Of a stretch of 64,000 nucleotides of DNA, positions 49,392 to 59,381 are shown piece by piece. How positions within the stretch are numbered: the first letter of the stretch is position 1; each line of letters opens with the position of its first letter. Source of the DNA: an uncultured Candidatus Peribacteria bacterium (GTDB lineage Bacteria; Patescibacteriota; Gracilibacteria; Peribacterales; Peribacteraceae). Below the pieces are notes generated by a model that made no database searches, had not been told where the DNA came from, and was given only the letters and a program-made list of their open reading frames with translations. The position numbers were made by a program, and so were the translations under genes. The stretch lies in contig CAYMIX010000002.1 of NCBI GenBank assembly GCA_964391185.1, forward strand, positions 90,968-154,967, in the 5' to 3' direction.

Positions 49392-50165
49392 ATGAAAAAC
49401 CTCGTCCTGCTTTGGCGATTACTTACAACAGTAAGGAACTGGCCAGTCTATTTCCTCAATAGATTTGGCTACATGAACAATAAAAGCGAGGTTCATTTTC
49501 ATCTGTGGAACGGCATGACCATCGTCGGACGACCATTTTCCATCGACCGTGCGATCATTAATGAAGAGTGGTTGGACCGATGTTACGAACCAAATCAGTC
49601 GGGAATTCATTTCGATTGGAAGGCATGCACAACGATTCTCGATATCGGATCTCACATTGGAACATTTACATTGTATGCAGCTGCTAAAGCCCCGAATGCG
49701 CACATCACTGCGTTCGAACCGGAGCCAACGAATGCAGCAATGTTGCGACGTAATATCGAGATCAATAATCTCGGCAATCGTGTGAAGGCAGTCGAAGCTG
49801 CAGTCAGTGGAACGAATGGAACGATCACGCTCAATATGACCAAAGCGAGTGGAAGCGGAGGACATTCCATCTATTCCTATACATCTGATGCCAAGACGAT
49901 CGAGGTGCCGATGGTGTCACTTTCATCGATTCTCAAAGACATCCAACACTGTGACTTTTTGAAGATCGACTGCGAAGGTGCGGAGTATGAAGCGTTTTAT
50001 AATCTGAGCGATGAAGAGTTTAAAAAGATCGGATTCATCGCGATGGAATATCATCACTTTTCGAAAGATCCGACACATACGCCTGTGCATTTGAAGAAGT
50101 TCTTGGAGGACAAAGGATTCAAGGTAATGGAGCCGGCGAAGTCATTGTTCTTCGCGCATAGATAA
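49392..50165 (+). CDS. FkbM-family methyltransferase
   Basis: ILDIGSHIGTFTLYAAAKAPNAHITAFEPEPTNAAMLRRNIEINNL. Confidence 0.8.
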   Translation: MKNLVLLWRLLTTVRNWPVYFLNRFGYMNNKSEVHFHLWNGMTIVGRPFSIDRAIINEEWLDRCYEPNQSGIHFDWKACTTILDIGSHIGTFTLYAAAKAPNAHITAFEPEPTNAAMLRRNIEINNLGNRVKAVEAAVSGTNGTITLNMTKASGSGGHSIYSYTSDAKTIEVPMVSLSSILKDIQHCDFLKIDCEGAEYEAFYNLSDEEFKKIGFIAMEYHHFSKDPTHTPVHLKKFLEDKGFKVMEPAKSLFFAHR

Positions 50166-50174
50166 GCCGCCGAC

Positions 50175-50268
50175 GTCACCCTGAGGTGCCCGCACTATGG
50201 ATTCGGGGCTCATCGTCGCTTCGCTCCGATTCGCACCTCACCATGACGTGCGGGCCTCGAAGGGTGAC
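50175..50268. repeat. family A composite palindromic element
   Basis: GTCACCCTGAGGTGCCCGCAC ... GCACCTCACCATGAC GTGCGGGCCTCGAAGGGTGAC. Confidence 0.8.
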
Positions 50269-50344
50269 GGCGTGCTTAGCAAAGGTGGCAAAAGACCCAT
50301 TCCAATGACTAGCCGAAAAATTCGTCCTACCCTACAATTTCCGC

Positions 50345-51616
50345 ATGGAGAAGCTGTCAGTATGCATCGTCGGCTTGGGATACGTCGGCCAACCATTGGC
50401 TTACGCCTTTGCGAAGCACGGCTTCCCTGTTTCGGGTTTTGATATTTTCGAAAAGCGCATTGAGGAACTGAAGTCTGGATTTGATCGAACGAATGAGCTC
50501 AGCAAAGAAGAGCTCGCATCAGTAAGCATCACCTACAGTTCCGATCCATCCGTCATTGGTAATGCGAAGGTGGTGATTATCGCTTTGCCAACTCCCGTCG
50601 ATGACAACAACAAGCCTGACCTCAAAATCCTCGAGGCTGGAACACACACTGTTGGAAAGCAGCTCAAAAAAGGAATGGTCGTCGTGTATGAATCAACAGT
50701 GTACCCGGGAGTCACCGAAGAAATTTGCGGACCAATTCTCGAACAAGAATCAGGACTGAAATCTGGAATAGACTTCACGTTGGGCTACTCGCCTGAACGC
50801 ATCAACCCCGGAGACAAGCAACACACGGTGGAAACGATCATCAAGATTGTGTCCGGACAGGACGAAAAGACGACGGACATTTTGTGTGATTTGTATGGAT
50901 CGATTGTGAGCGCAGGAATTCACCGCGCATCAAGCATCAAAGTAGCAGAGATGGCGAAGGCAATCGAGAACGCTCAGCGCGATATCAACATCGCATATAT
51001 CAACGAAGTGGCGATGCTCTGTAATCACCTCGGTATCAGAACGAAAGATGTGCTCGATGCCGCAGGCACCAAGTGGAACTTCCTCAAGTTCCAACCAGGG
51101 CTTGTGGGTGGACACTGCATCGGCGTTGATCCTTTTTACCTGGTAGAAAAAGCACGTCGGCTCGGCATGAACACGCAGCTGATTACCGCAGGCCGCAGCA
51201 TCAATGATGGCATGGCGAACTTCATCGCTGACAGAGTAACTGGCGCGCTCAAGACACCGATCGATAACGCGCGCATCCTCGTCCTAGGACTCACCTTCAA
51301 AGAAGACGTGCCAGATACGCGCAACAGCAAAGTGCACGACGTGATCAACGCTCTCAAAGATCGTGGAGCAACGGTAGAAGCGCATGATCCATTCCTGACA
51401 GATGCAGCGTTGGGAGCCATGAAGCTGACGCCAGGCTCACTCGAAAAAGGACCATATGATGCAGTGATGCTCCTGGTTCCTCACAAGCAATATCTGGAAG
51501 CTCCTGTTCAAACGATCATCAATGCGACGCAAGAGGGAGGTGTGGTGTACGACTTGAAGTCGCTGCTTGATGCGAATACGATTGTAAATCAGAAGAGGCA
51601 ATATCTAAGCCTCTAA
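50345..51616 (+). CDS. nucleotide-sugar (UDP-N-acetylhexosamine) dehydrogenase, TviB/WbpO/Cap5O-like
   Basis: VGLGYVGQPLAYAFAKHGFPVSGFDI..GGHCIGVDP. TACAAT-N6-ATG. Confidence 0.8.
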   Translation: MEKLSVCIVGLGYVGQPLAYAFAKHGFPVSGFDIFEKRIEELKSGFDRTNELSKEELASVSITYSSDPSVIGNAKVVIIALPTPVDDNNKPDLKILEAGTHTVGKQLKKGMVVVYESTVYPGVTEEICGPILEQESGLKSGIDFTLGYSPERINPGDKQHTVETIIKIVSGQDEKTTDILCDLYGSIVSAGIHRASSIKVAEMAKAIENAQRDINIAYINEVAMLCNHLGIRTKDVLDAAGTKWNFLKFQPGLVGGHCIGVDPFYLVEKARRLGMNTQLITAGRSINDGMANFIADRVTGALKTPIDNARILVLGLTFKEDVPDTRNSKVHDVINALKDRGATVEAHDPFLTDAALGAMKLTPGSLEKGPYDAVMLLVPHKQYLEAPVQTIINATQEGGVVYDLKSLLDANTIVNQKRQYLSL

Positions 51617-51623
51617 ATTATAA

Positions 51624-52529
51624 ATGAATAACCGTTCACTTCCCTATTGGGCAAAAGGAGCGCTGGCTGGATTGCTATTCCCTGTGATTATTTTTGCCGC
51701 TGCTTTCTTGGGCATCGATTCATATGACGAAACGATACAAATAATGCTAATGCCACTGTGGCTGGCTGGATTCGCAGCAGGAACCGGAGGCTTCACGCCA
51801 ATGGTGATCGTCATGTTTATTTTTGGATTTCTGTCCTATGCACTTGTAGGAAGTGTACTGGGGATGCTTATTGAGAAAATTCCTAGTCCTAACGGCAGGA
51901 AGCTGGCTGTAGCTTTAATAATCGTTGCATTATTTGCTGCTGCCGCAGCAGTTACTTGGGGCGCACAAAAGCAAACCGATGTTTACCAACGTGTTGGCTA
52001 CACGGTTCAAGATTGCATCGACAAAGAACCTGATGAACACAGTAAAATCACGTGTATCGACATTGTTTACCGGCGTTTCGCTCCAGATCCCGCGACATGT
52101 TTGCTGCTCTCATCCAACGATTCGCTCCTTAGAATGTGCACTGAATATGTGGCAAGCGAAGCAAAGGATGCGAGTGTTTGTAATGCATTTAACGAAAGTC
52201 AGCAGGCAAAAGATTACTGTCTTAGCTTCATTCCGAAAGATGCCGGCAATGTTGCGGATTGCGAATTAATCAAATCTGAAATGCAGCGATATCAGTGCTA
52301 CAACAGTGCAGCATGGGCAGCGAGAGACTTTGCACTATGCAGCAAAATGCCTTTCAACAATCCTTACGAACCGGCACCGAATAAACAGTGGTGCATCAAA
52401 TGGCTAGCTCAGAATGCGTTTTTCGACTGCACCGGCGACGCTGCATGTATCGCAGTGATTTGCGATTCTATTGTGGATCCAGAAGCGAAAGGAGTCTGTA
52501 CATGGACACTTAGTGAGCTTCAGAAATAG
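51624..52529 (+). CDS. hypothetical membrane protein with extracytoplasmic Cys-pair repeat domain
   Basis: 3-4 N-terminal TM, then at least 5 units each with two Cys 11-15 residues apart. Confidence 0.5.
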   Translation: MNNRSLPYWAKGALAGLLFPVIIFAAAFLGIDSYDETIQIMLMPLWLAGFAAGTGGFTPMVIVMFIFGFLSYALVGSVLGMLIEKIPSPNGRKLAVALIIVALFAAAAAVTWGAQKQTDVYQRVGYTVQDCIDKEPDEHSKITCIDIVYRRFAPDPATCLLLSSNDSLLRMCTEYVASEAKDASVCNAFNESQQAKDYCLSFIPKDAGNVADCELIKSEMQRYQCYNSAAWAARDFALCSKMPFNNPYEPAPNKQWCIKWLAQNAFFDCTGDAACIAVICDSIVDPEAKGVCTWTLSELQK

Positions 52530-53039
52530 CTAGCGTCGTTCAAATGCATATCGCAGCAGCCCATACGCACTCACCATATGCACTTTTGAAGATGTGAGAA
52601 CTTTCTGAATGGCTTCGTCGAAAGGCATTTCATGCACTTCGATAAGTTCATCATGATCTTGTTCAAGCGGACTCTCGAAGAGACCATGACCGACATAGAT
52701 ATGATTCGTAATCACGATCGAATCAGACAGATTACCCGTACAATATTTTTTCAAATCCTTGGCATCGAAACCTGTTTCTTCGCGCAGTTCACGATGTGCT
52801 GCGACAAGGAGATCCGCTTCTTTGTCGGCTTTTCCACTCGGTAGCATCCAAATATATTCACCATAAAACGCACGAAATTCGCGGAGCATCAGAATCGTTC
52901 CTGGTGTTTTGAAAGCAATGATATGAACAGAATCATTGCGATGTACGCGTACGGATTTCTTGATACGACCATCAGGAAGAGGTGCTGTATCGAGTGTGAC
53001 GCGCCAGTCGAATTGATTGAAAAGTTCTTCTGAAGTCAT
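52530..53039 (-). CDS. NUDIX hydrolase
   Basis: Nudix box GKADKEADLLVAAHRELREETGF. TATCAT-N6-ATG. Confidence 0.8.
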   Translation of the reverse strand: MTSEELFNQFDWRVTLDTAPLPDGRIKKSVRVHRNDSVHIIAFKTPGTILMLREFRAFYGEYIWMLPSGKADKEADLLVAAHRELREETGFDAKDLKKYCTGNLSDSIVITNHIYVGHGLFESPLEQDHDELIEVHEMPFDEAIQKVLTSSKVHMVSAYGLLRYAFERR

Positions 53040-53050
53040 AACCGAATGAT

Positions 53051-53090
53051 ACTCCCCATACCCCCATTACCCCCAACACTCGCCTTACTG
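53051..53090. repeat. family C half-element (C-rich arm)
   Basis: ACTCCCCATACCCCCATTACCCCCAACACTCGCCTTACT. Confidence 0.65.
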
Positions 53091-54695
53091 CAGTGTCCAC
53101 AAGCTCCATCCCTCCTCTTTTTTGATCATCTTAAACAAGGACTCGTCGATAGCCCAATCCGGCCTTTCCTTCTCATTCCACAAAAGTTTCGTCACATGAT
53201 ATTTCTCCAGGTATGGACGAGGATTTGCACGAACTGCACCGCACACAGCATTCGCCTTCGCGATACTTTCTTGAAATTCTGCTTCTGTTTCTTGGTTGCG
53301 AATCACCTTCAATCGTTCCTCCGCATGCACAACAAGACCCGCGTAGTCGATAGGCTCACCGAATACTTCCGAGAGGCACGCACGTTCTTCGTATTCTTCA
53401 TCCGTCACTAGCAAGAAGCCTGAGTATTCCGTAAATACCACATCGTGATTCGTATACGATGCAATGATATCTGCTGATTTGCGGTCTGTGAGAACCGTCT
53501 GTTTTTCCGTACCCAAGGCATCGAATGATGAGGCAAGATGTTGATATGCCATCGCTGATTCATCCGGCACTTGGAATGCATACAGTCGTCCGCCTTGATC
53601 GGAGATACCTGTCATCAGTGGCAATACACAGAGCATGACGACTACAACTGCATCCCATCGGAACATGCGATAGTGAATGATCGCGACTATCAATAAAATT
53701 ACTGCGATATATAGATATTGAATATAATGCGACGAGAACGACATCACGGTTCCGTGGATAATCTGCTGGTTGTACATCAGGGCGAGTGCAACAAGCATCG
53801 CAAGAAGAGGCAGCATTCTCCGACGAACGTCGCTGCGACGGAAAAGCCAGCAGGCACCAATGCATATGAGAACTGTCAGCACACTACGAATGATTGACTC
53901 CGGCATGTGCGACTGAACTAAGCCAATGCGATCAGATACTGCTTGAAAAAGCGGATGCGAACGAATCATCAGCAAGCGATACACCGTCGGACCACCTGTT
54001 ATCAGTGCTCCAAGAATGCCGAACGGCAGCGTTTTCCAATAAGCAGATTTATTCGTCACTGACTTGTCGATCAGGATGCCAATACACAGAAGTGCTGCGA
54101 ACGCATAGAGAAATGTCCATGCCCAGAGGTACACGCCGGTGGTAAACCCAAGGAGCAATCCTGCGAAGAGCGCGCGCCATTTCGTTGGCACTTCGTACCA
54201 TCGCCAAAAGAGCAGCAGTGTACTCATGACAATCGGCATGCTGAAGCCCGGGTGGAAGTACCGTTTGCCGAACGCGATCAGCCAGAAAAAGAAGATCGAT
54301 GAAAGTATCGAAAGCCACCAGCTTGCGCCAAACTTACGAGCGAGAGCAAATCCAAGCGGAATCATCAGGGGTGTAATAAAAATGCTTAAGAATAGAACGA
54401 GCAACGGCGCGGAGATTCCCGTCCAGAAAAGCAACGCACCGATCGCTTCTTCTAAGCCTGGAGATTGCGGACCGCTGGGTGCATCTGCACCTGTCCACAC
54501 ACCGTTAGATGCATCGGAAAAAGGATGCAGAAGCGCGTGCTGTGTGCGGATCATGTACATCCCCTCTTCGCTTCCGCCAAAAGGAACTAATCCACGGAAA
54601 TCTGCCTGACGCGTTGCGAGTAACGGCTGCCAAGCGATGATGATCGCACCGATCATGGTGATGAGCGCGATAATGATGGAGCGTTTTACGACCAT
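53085..54695 (-). CDS. large polytopic membrane protein with C-terminal soluble domain (putative glycosyltransferase partner)
   Basis: >=10 TM. ATG 54695 overlaps the upstream MTase-GT2 stop by 10 nt. Confidence 0.5.
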   Translation of the reverse strand: MVVKRSIIIALITMIGAIIIAWQPLLATRQADFRGLVPFGGSEEGMYMIRTQHALLHPFSDASNGVWTGADAPSGPQSPGLEEAIGALLFWTGISAPLLVLFLSIFITPLMIPLGFALARKFGASWWLSILSSIFFFWLIAFGKRYFHPGFSMPIVMSTLLLFWRWYEVPTKWRALFAGLLLGFTTGVYLWAWTFLYAFAALLCIGILIDKSVTNKSAYWKTLPFGILGALITGGPTVYRLLMIRSHPLFQAVSDRIGLVQSHMPESIIRSVLTVLICIGACWLFRRSDVRRRMLPLLAMLVALALMYNQQIIHGTVMSFSSHYIQYLYIAVILLIVAIIHYRMFRWDAVVVVMLCVLPLMTGISDQGGRLYAFQVPDESAMAYQHLASSFDALGTEKQTVLTDRKSADIIASYTNHDVVFTEYSGFLLVTDEEYEERACLSEVFGEPIDYAGLVVHAEERLKVIRNQETEAEFQESIAKANAVCGAVRANPRPYLEKYHVTKLLWNEKERPDWAIDESLFKMIKKEEGWSLWTLQ

Positions 54696-56077
54696 TTGAT
54701 AATGCGAGCACCTTTGAAGAACATTTTGGTAAGTAACCAACCGTGACCAAATGGACTGAGCTTAGTCGTTCCATATGAGCGCTCCATATAGTGCACAGGA
54801 GTTTCGCGGATTTTGCGGTGCTGACGCGCGACACCAAGGAAGACATCGAAATCTCCGAAAGGATCCATACGCGTCGTCATTCGTGGATAATCGCTTCGAT
54901 AAAACGCTTTCACAGGCGAAAGTACATCGACGATCTTCTGCCCAAACAGCCAGGAAAACATCATGCTGAAGATTTTATTACCGAGGAGATTCAGAGCTGG
55001 CATCGCTTCTCCACGCATCGGATACATCAGGCGTGACGCATTCACGCATTCTGCTTTTCCCGCGACCAGAGCGTGATAGAGCTTTGGTAATTCGCTTGGA
55101 TGCACGGTGTAATCGCCATCGTAGATCACCAGCACATCACCGGTGGATTCACGAATACCATGATGCAGCGCATCGCCTTTTCCACGGCCAGGTTGCTTGA
55201 GTCCACGAATGGTCAGAGGACCGTTGTATTCTAAGATCGCTTGTTGAATCTCCTCCCACGTTCCATCGTTGGAATGACCTTCGATGAAGAGAAGTTCCGT
55301 CTTGGTTCCAAACTGCGGCATTGCATTGATAATCTGACGAACGTTTCCTTTTTCGTTACGGACAGCAGAAAGAACCGTCACAGAATGCTCAGGATGTTGC
55401 AAAGGAATCGGCCGCGCGATGATTGTTTGGATCATGCACAAACGTTGGAACACCGGCAGTGTTGCGATAAATCGATTGAAGAAACCGGCGATCAGCGGAA
55501 TCGAGACAGGGCACAAAATACGCCCACTGTGTTCGACGACTTCAAACCCTGCGAGTGAAAGCATGTTCTCAAGCGCATGATACGAGAGCCAGTTCTGCGC
55601 AGGGAACCGTGTTTTTATATGCAGCCATTCACCAACTTTGAAGATAGGACTCCAGAGAAAGTTGAACGTGGTGATAACAAGACGTGTGCGATCCTCACAT
55701 AATTTTTTACGAATATCTTCCAAGGCAATCTGCACATCTGGAACATAGTTAATCGTATCGAGGAGCAACACGTACTCATGCTTTTGACTGTGATGAAGAG
55801 CTCCAACTGTATCAACATCGTAGGTGCTAGATGTATCTGCTTTTGCTTTCTCAATCATTTTCTCAGAGAAGTCGATACCGACTTTATGCGCCTGAGGAAG
55901 TGCGGAAAGTACTGTGCCAATTCCACAACCGAGATCAATCACAGATGCATCCTCGGGAATAAGTGACTTCAACCATCGAATACGATCACGATAAAGAACT
56001 GCATGACGCCGTGCATCACGAGAACGTTTAGACGCGAGTTGATCAAAATATTGCCGGCGGTCATCTAAAGAATTCAT
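54686..56077 (-). CDS. fusion: class I SAM methyltransferase (N) + GT2 glycosyltransferase (C)
   Basis: VIDLGCGIGTVLSAL motif I, then VTVLSAVRNEKGNV..FIEGHSNDGT..VIYDGDYT. Confidence 0.7.
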   Translation of the reverse strand: MNSLDDRRQYFDQLASKRSRDARRHAVLYRDRIRWLKSLIPEDASVIDLGCGIGTVLSALPQAHKVGIDFSEKMIEKAKADTSSTYDVDTVGALHHSQKHEYVLLLDTINYVPDVQIALEDIRKKLCEDRTRLVITTFNFLWSPIFKVGEWLHIKTRFPAQNWLSYHALENMLSLAGFEVVEHSGRILCPVSIPLIAGFFNRFIATLPVFQRLCMIQTIIARPIPLQHPEHSVTVLSAVRNEKGNVRQIINAMPQFGTKTELLFIEGHSNDGTWEEIQQAILEYNGPLTIRGLKQPGRGKGDALHHGIRESTGDVLVIYDGDYTVHPSELPKLYHALVAGKAECVNASRLMYPMRGEAMPALNLLGNKIFSMMFSWLFGQKIVDVLSPVKAFYRSDYPRMTTRMDPFGDFDVFLGVARQHRKIRETPVHYMERSYGTTKLSPFGHGWLLTKMFFKGARIIKWS

Positions 56078-56093
56078 CTGAAACGGGAGTCTA

Positions 56094-57518
56094 TCAGGTT
56101 GCGATAGTGAGCACGACCATGACAATGCCGCCAACGACATAACTCACGTAATCCTTCAGTGCGAACACAATAGGATCATCGTGCATTTTGCCACGACGAG
56201 CCTGTATCCAAATACGCGTAATCCAATAGAGAATGAGCGGAATCACTGCCCATAAATATTCCGGATAGGCATAGAGCCGCGTCACTTGGTCACTGGTGAT
56301 ATATAACGCAAGAACCACCGCAGCGATAAACCCGCTCGCCGCACCAAGTATCTGAACCATGTTCCTATCGCCCGTCACATAGCTACGACCGGCGATCGTG
56401 TGCTTTTGTTCGCGAGCAGAACTTTCAAGTTCGGAATAGCGCTTAACAAGTGCAAGGCTGAAGAAGAAAAACATGGCGAACACAAGTAGCCACACCGAAT
56501 ACTGCAGGCCGGATGCTTCGTGCCCAGCGATGATACGAACGCTATAAAGTGCTGCAAGTACGAGGACATCGATAAACATCAGCTGCTTGAGATACAACGA
56601 ATATGCAAGTGTCAGAATGAAATACCCAACAAGTACCAAGCTAAAGCTCGCTGGCAATTGTGATGCAGCAATGCCAGAACCTATGAGCAATAACGGTACA
56701 GCAGTGATCGCAATAGGAATGGGAAGATCCCCCGAAGCGAGAGGACGAAAACGCTTACGTGGATGCGCGCGATCGGATGCAAGATCGAGCAAATCATTCA
56801 GTAAATACACACACGATGTACAACAGCAGAAAGCGATAAGCGCAATAAGGCCATTGAGCATAATCGAACCATTTCCCAATGCGTGACCCGTCACAAATGG
56901 CACAAAAATCAGCGCATTTTTGGTCCACTGATACGGACGGATCGCGCGAACAAACGCTCGTACGACAGACTTTTTATCATGAAATTCTTTATCAACAAAA
57001 CCCAAAGCTTTGGCTGCACGACGAATACTTTCAGGCGCATTTACGACGATCGCTTTGCGCGCATCTTTCCATACGTTCATATCCACTTTTGCATTGCCGA
57101 TATAATCAAACCCTTTGTGACCGAAGCGTTCAACGAGCAGCTTTGCTTTGTTGTTACCTGTAAGATTGATGCCACTACCTGAACCAATTACTTCATCGAA
57201 TACACGAACGTAATCAGCTGCCTGTTGCGCCATGAGCGTTGGTGTTCCTGTGACCAATAATAACTGACGACCTTCTGCGCGTTGTTCACGAAGGTACGCG
57301 AGCAGTGTTTCGTGATACGGCAAAACAGTTACATCGAGCGCGACAAGCGCTGCGACACGTTCTTTGAAAACACTCTTCCCTTGCAGAAGCCAAAACGGAA
57401 GCACAAACAATAAGTGTGGCTGCTTTTTGAGGAGCAATACAACTGCTTCCCACATCGCATCAGTGCGGAGAAGTGTCCCATCAAGGTCTACGCACAAAGG
57501 GATGGATGGATGTTCCAC
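56094..57518 (-). CDS. fusion: HAD-like phosphatase (N) + UbiA-family polyprenyl-phosphate phosphoribosyltransferase-like (C)
   Basis: CVDLDGTLL (DxDxT), then NDLLDLASDRAHPRKRFRPLASG (UbiA NDxxDxxxD). GTG 57518 preceded by TATACT-N6. The ORF is open to 57554. Confidence 0.7.
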   Translation of the reverse strand: MEHPSIPLCVDLDGTLLRTDAMWEAVVLLLKKQPHLLFVLPFWLLQGKSVFKERVAALVALDVTVLPYHETLLAYLREQRAEGRQLLLVTGTPTLMAQQAADYVRVFDEVIGSGSGINLTGNNKAKLLVERFGHKGFDYIGNAKVDMNVWKDARKAIVVNAPESIRRAAKALGFVDKEFHDKKSVVRAFVRAIRPYQWTKNALIFVPFVTGHALGNGSIMLNGLIALIAFCCCTSCVYLLNDLLDLASDRAHPRKRFRPLASGDLPIPIAITAVPLLLIGSGIAASQLPASFSLVLVGYFILTLAYSLYLKQLMFIDVLVLAALYSVRIIAGHEASGLQYSVWLLVFAMFFFFSLALVKRYSELESSAREQKHTIAGRSYVTGDRNMVQILGAASGFIAAVVLALYITSDQVTRLYAYPEYLWAVIPLILYWITRIWIQARRGKMHDDPIVFALKDYVSYVVGGIVMVVLTIAT

Positions 57519-57561
57519 GAATGGAGTATAGAGCAGATGACAGGTACTATGCACCGGTCAC

Positions 57562-58710
57562 ATGGCATCTCTTTTTAGAAATTATTGGGCACTCGTTGCG
57601 GTTGCAATTGGCATTGCCGCAATCGTCGCGATAAACATTTCGTATTACGAGTGGAACATTACTTCTATGTTCCATTTGGATCACACAATTGCTGATGTCC
57701 ACCCACTCCAGCCAGGATTTGTTATACTCGAAATGCCAGGTTACGACGGTGCGCAGTACTACCAAGTCGCACGCAATTTGCCGATGCTTTTTGCACCAAG
57801 TAGATGGAGTGAGCTCACCACACATATTCCACTGTCGTATGCGTACCAACGCATTCTCCTCCCCGTCGTCGCATACGGCGTTTCATTTGGAAAAGAGGCC
57901 GCGCTTCCATATGCATTCCTCATTATTAATATTTTTTCGTTAGTTCTGGCTACGTGGATTATTTTCAAACATTCTGGAGGAAAATGGCTCCCTACTCTTG
58001 CGTTTGCCTTCTGTCCTTCGGCAATGGTTGGGCTGCATTTTGTGCTCGCTGAACCCTTAGCACTTTTGATTCTCGCATTGTTCCTTACGCGATACACCAA
58101 ACTCCAGAAGCTTGGCTGGATCGATATACTCCTGCTTGCTTTGCTCGTGCTCTCACGCGAAGTGAACATTCTTTTCGCAGGAATTGTCCTCGTGTATTCA
58201 CTCTACAAACAGCAATGGAAAGATGCTGCGTTGGCGCTGATTCCAATCGCTGTATTCCTCGCATTGCACGGACTTTTGTACCAAATCTTTGGCGATATTC
58301 CATTCCTTACAAGTGCTGGCGCTCGACAGTTCCCCTTCTCTGCTCCACTAAAAGTCCTACTCGGTATGCGCGGCTACGACATGTACACACTTTCCTCTGT
58401 CGCACTCTTCCTCGGCTTCACGCTCCCCGCATTCGTATGGTCGATCTATCGAATTATAAAAGGTGATCGCAGCTTCCCGACGTTCGGACTCTTTCTATTC
58501 CTTTGCTTGATGCTCACGCTGGCTGATTACATTTGGGGATCTATTACAAGCGTTGGTCGTGTCATCACGCCAATGTATCCACTCGCTATCGTCGCTTTCA
58601 TGAATGCAGATTCTCGCATTGCTCAACTAATCACATTGGCAATCCTACTGATTGGCCTTGGAGCTGGGCTTGGCCTCGCATTCATTGTTCACCCATTCAC
58701 ACTTTCCTAA
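57562..58710 (+). CDS. polytopic membrane protein (putative GT-C-like partner of the downstream GT2)
   Basis: About 10 TM. The stop overlaps the next ATG (TAATG). Confidence 0.5.
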   Translation: MASLFRNYWALVAVAIGIAAIVAINISYYEWNITSMFHLDHTIADVHPLQPGFVILEMPGYDGAQYYQVARNLPMLFAPSRWSELTTHIPLSYAYQRILLPVVAYGVSFGKEAALPYAFLIINIFSLVLATWIIFKHSGGKWLPTLAFAFCPSAMVGLHFVLAEPLALLILALFLTRYTKLQKLGWIDILLLALLVLSREVNILFAGIVLVYSLYKQQWKDAALALIPIAVFLALHGLLYQIFGDIPFLTSAGARQFPFSAPLKVLLGMRGYDMYTLSSVALFLGFTLPAFVWSIYRIIKGDRSFPTFGLFLFLCLMLTLADYIWGSITSVGRVITPMYPLAIVAFMNADSRIAQLITLAILLIGLGAGLGLAFIVHPFTLS

Positions 58711-59381
58711 TGCCACCTGACTTGAGCATCATTGTGCCCGTCTATAACGAGGAACGAACACTCGCGACGATCATGCATGCGCTTGCGGAGAAGTGCCCAC
58801 ATGCGCAGATCATTTATGTGGATGATGGATCAAGGGATGCATCGCTGAATATTCTTCGTGATCATATGAAATCGGACGATGTAGTGCTCACGAAACCAAA
58901 TGGTGGCAAAGGCTCTGCAATCCGCATGGGACTTGAACGCGCTGAAGGAATGTACACGGTCATTCAAGATGCTGACCTGGAATATGATCCTGCGGAGATC
59001 GCGATGCTCGTCGATGAAGCAAAGAAAAATCCAGGATCTGCAGTCTTCGGTTCGCGCTTTCTGAAACAGAATCCGAACATTTATAAGATCTTCCTGATGG
59101 GCAACAAAGTGCTCACGGCGTGGCTGAATATTCTCTACGGATCGAAGCTCACTGATAGTTATACCTGCTACAAACTTCTCCCGACGGATTTGTTCCGATC
59201 GCTCGAACTAACCTCGAGAGGCTTCGAACTCGAAGCAGAAATCTGCGCAAAGTGCCTCAAGAAAAAGATTCCAATTCATGAAGTTCCAGTGACATACAAA
59301 CCCCGAACCATCGAAGAAGGGAAGAAGATCAATTGGAAGGATGCGTATAAAGGGATAGCGATGATGTGGCGGTTGCGGTGA
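58710..59381 (+). CDS. GT2 glycosyltransferase (Dpm1-like)
   Basis: LSIIVPVYNEERTL..IIYVDDGSRDAS..QDADLEYDP. Confidence 0.8.
   Translation: MPPDLSIIVPVYNEERTLATIMHALAEKCPHAQIIYVDDGSRDASLNILRDHMKSDDVVLTKPNGGKGSAIRMGLERAEGMYTVIQDADLEYDPAEIAMLVDEAKKNPGSAVFGSRFLKQNPNIYKIFLMGNKVLTAWLNILYGSKLTDSYTCYKLLPTDLFRSLELTSRGFELEAEICAKCLKKKIPIHEVPVTYKPRTIEEGKKINWKDAYKGIAMMWRLR

Noticed and set aside
50197-50442. 81-aa ORF (and likewise the 142-aa ORF 60352..60780 on the minus strand)
   Set aside because: Both are made almost entirely of family A palindromic repeat sequence (GC-rich, stop-free in several frames) and overlap the promoter or start of real genes. Treated as phantom ORFs.
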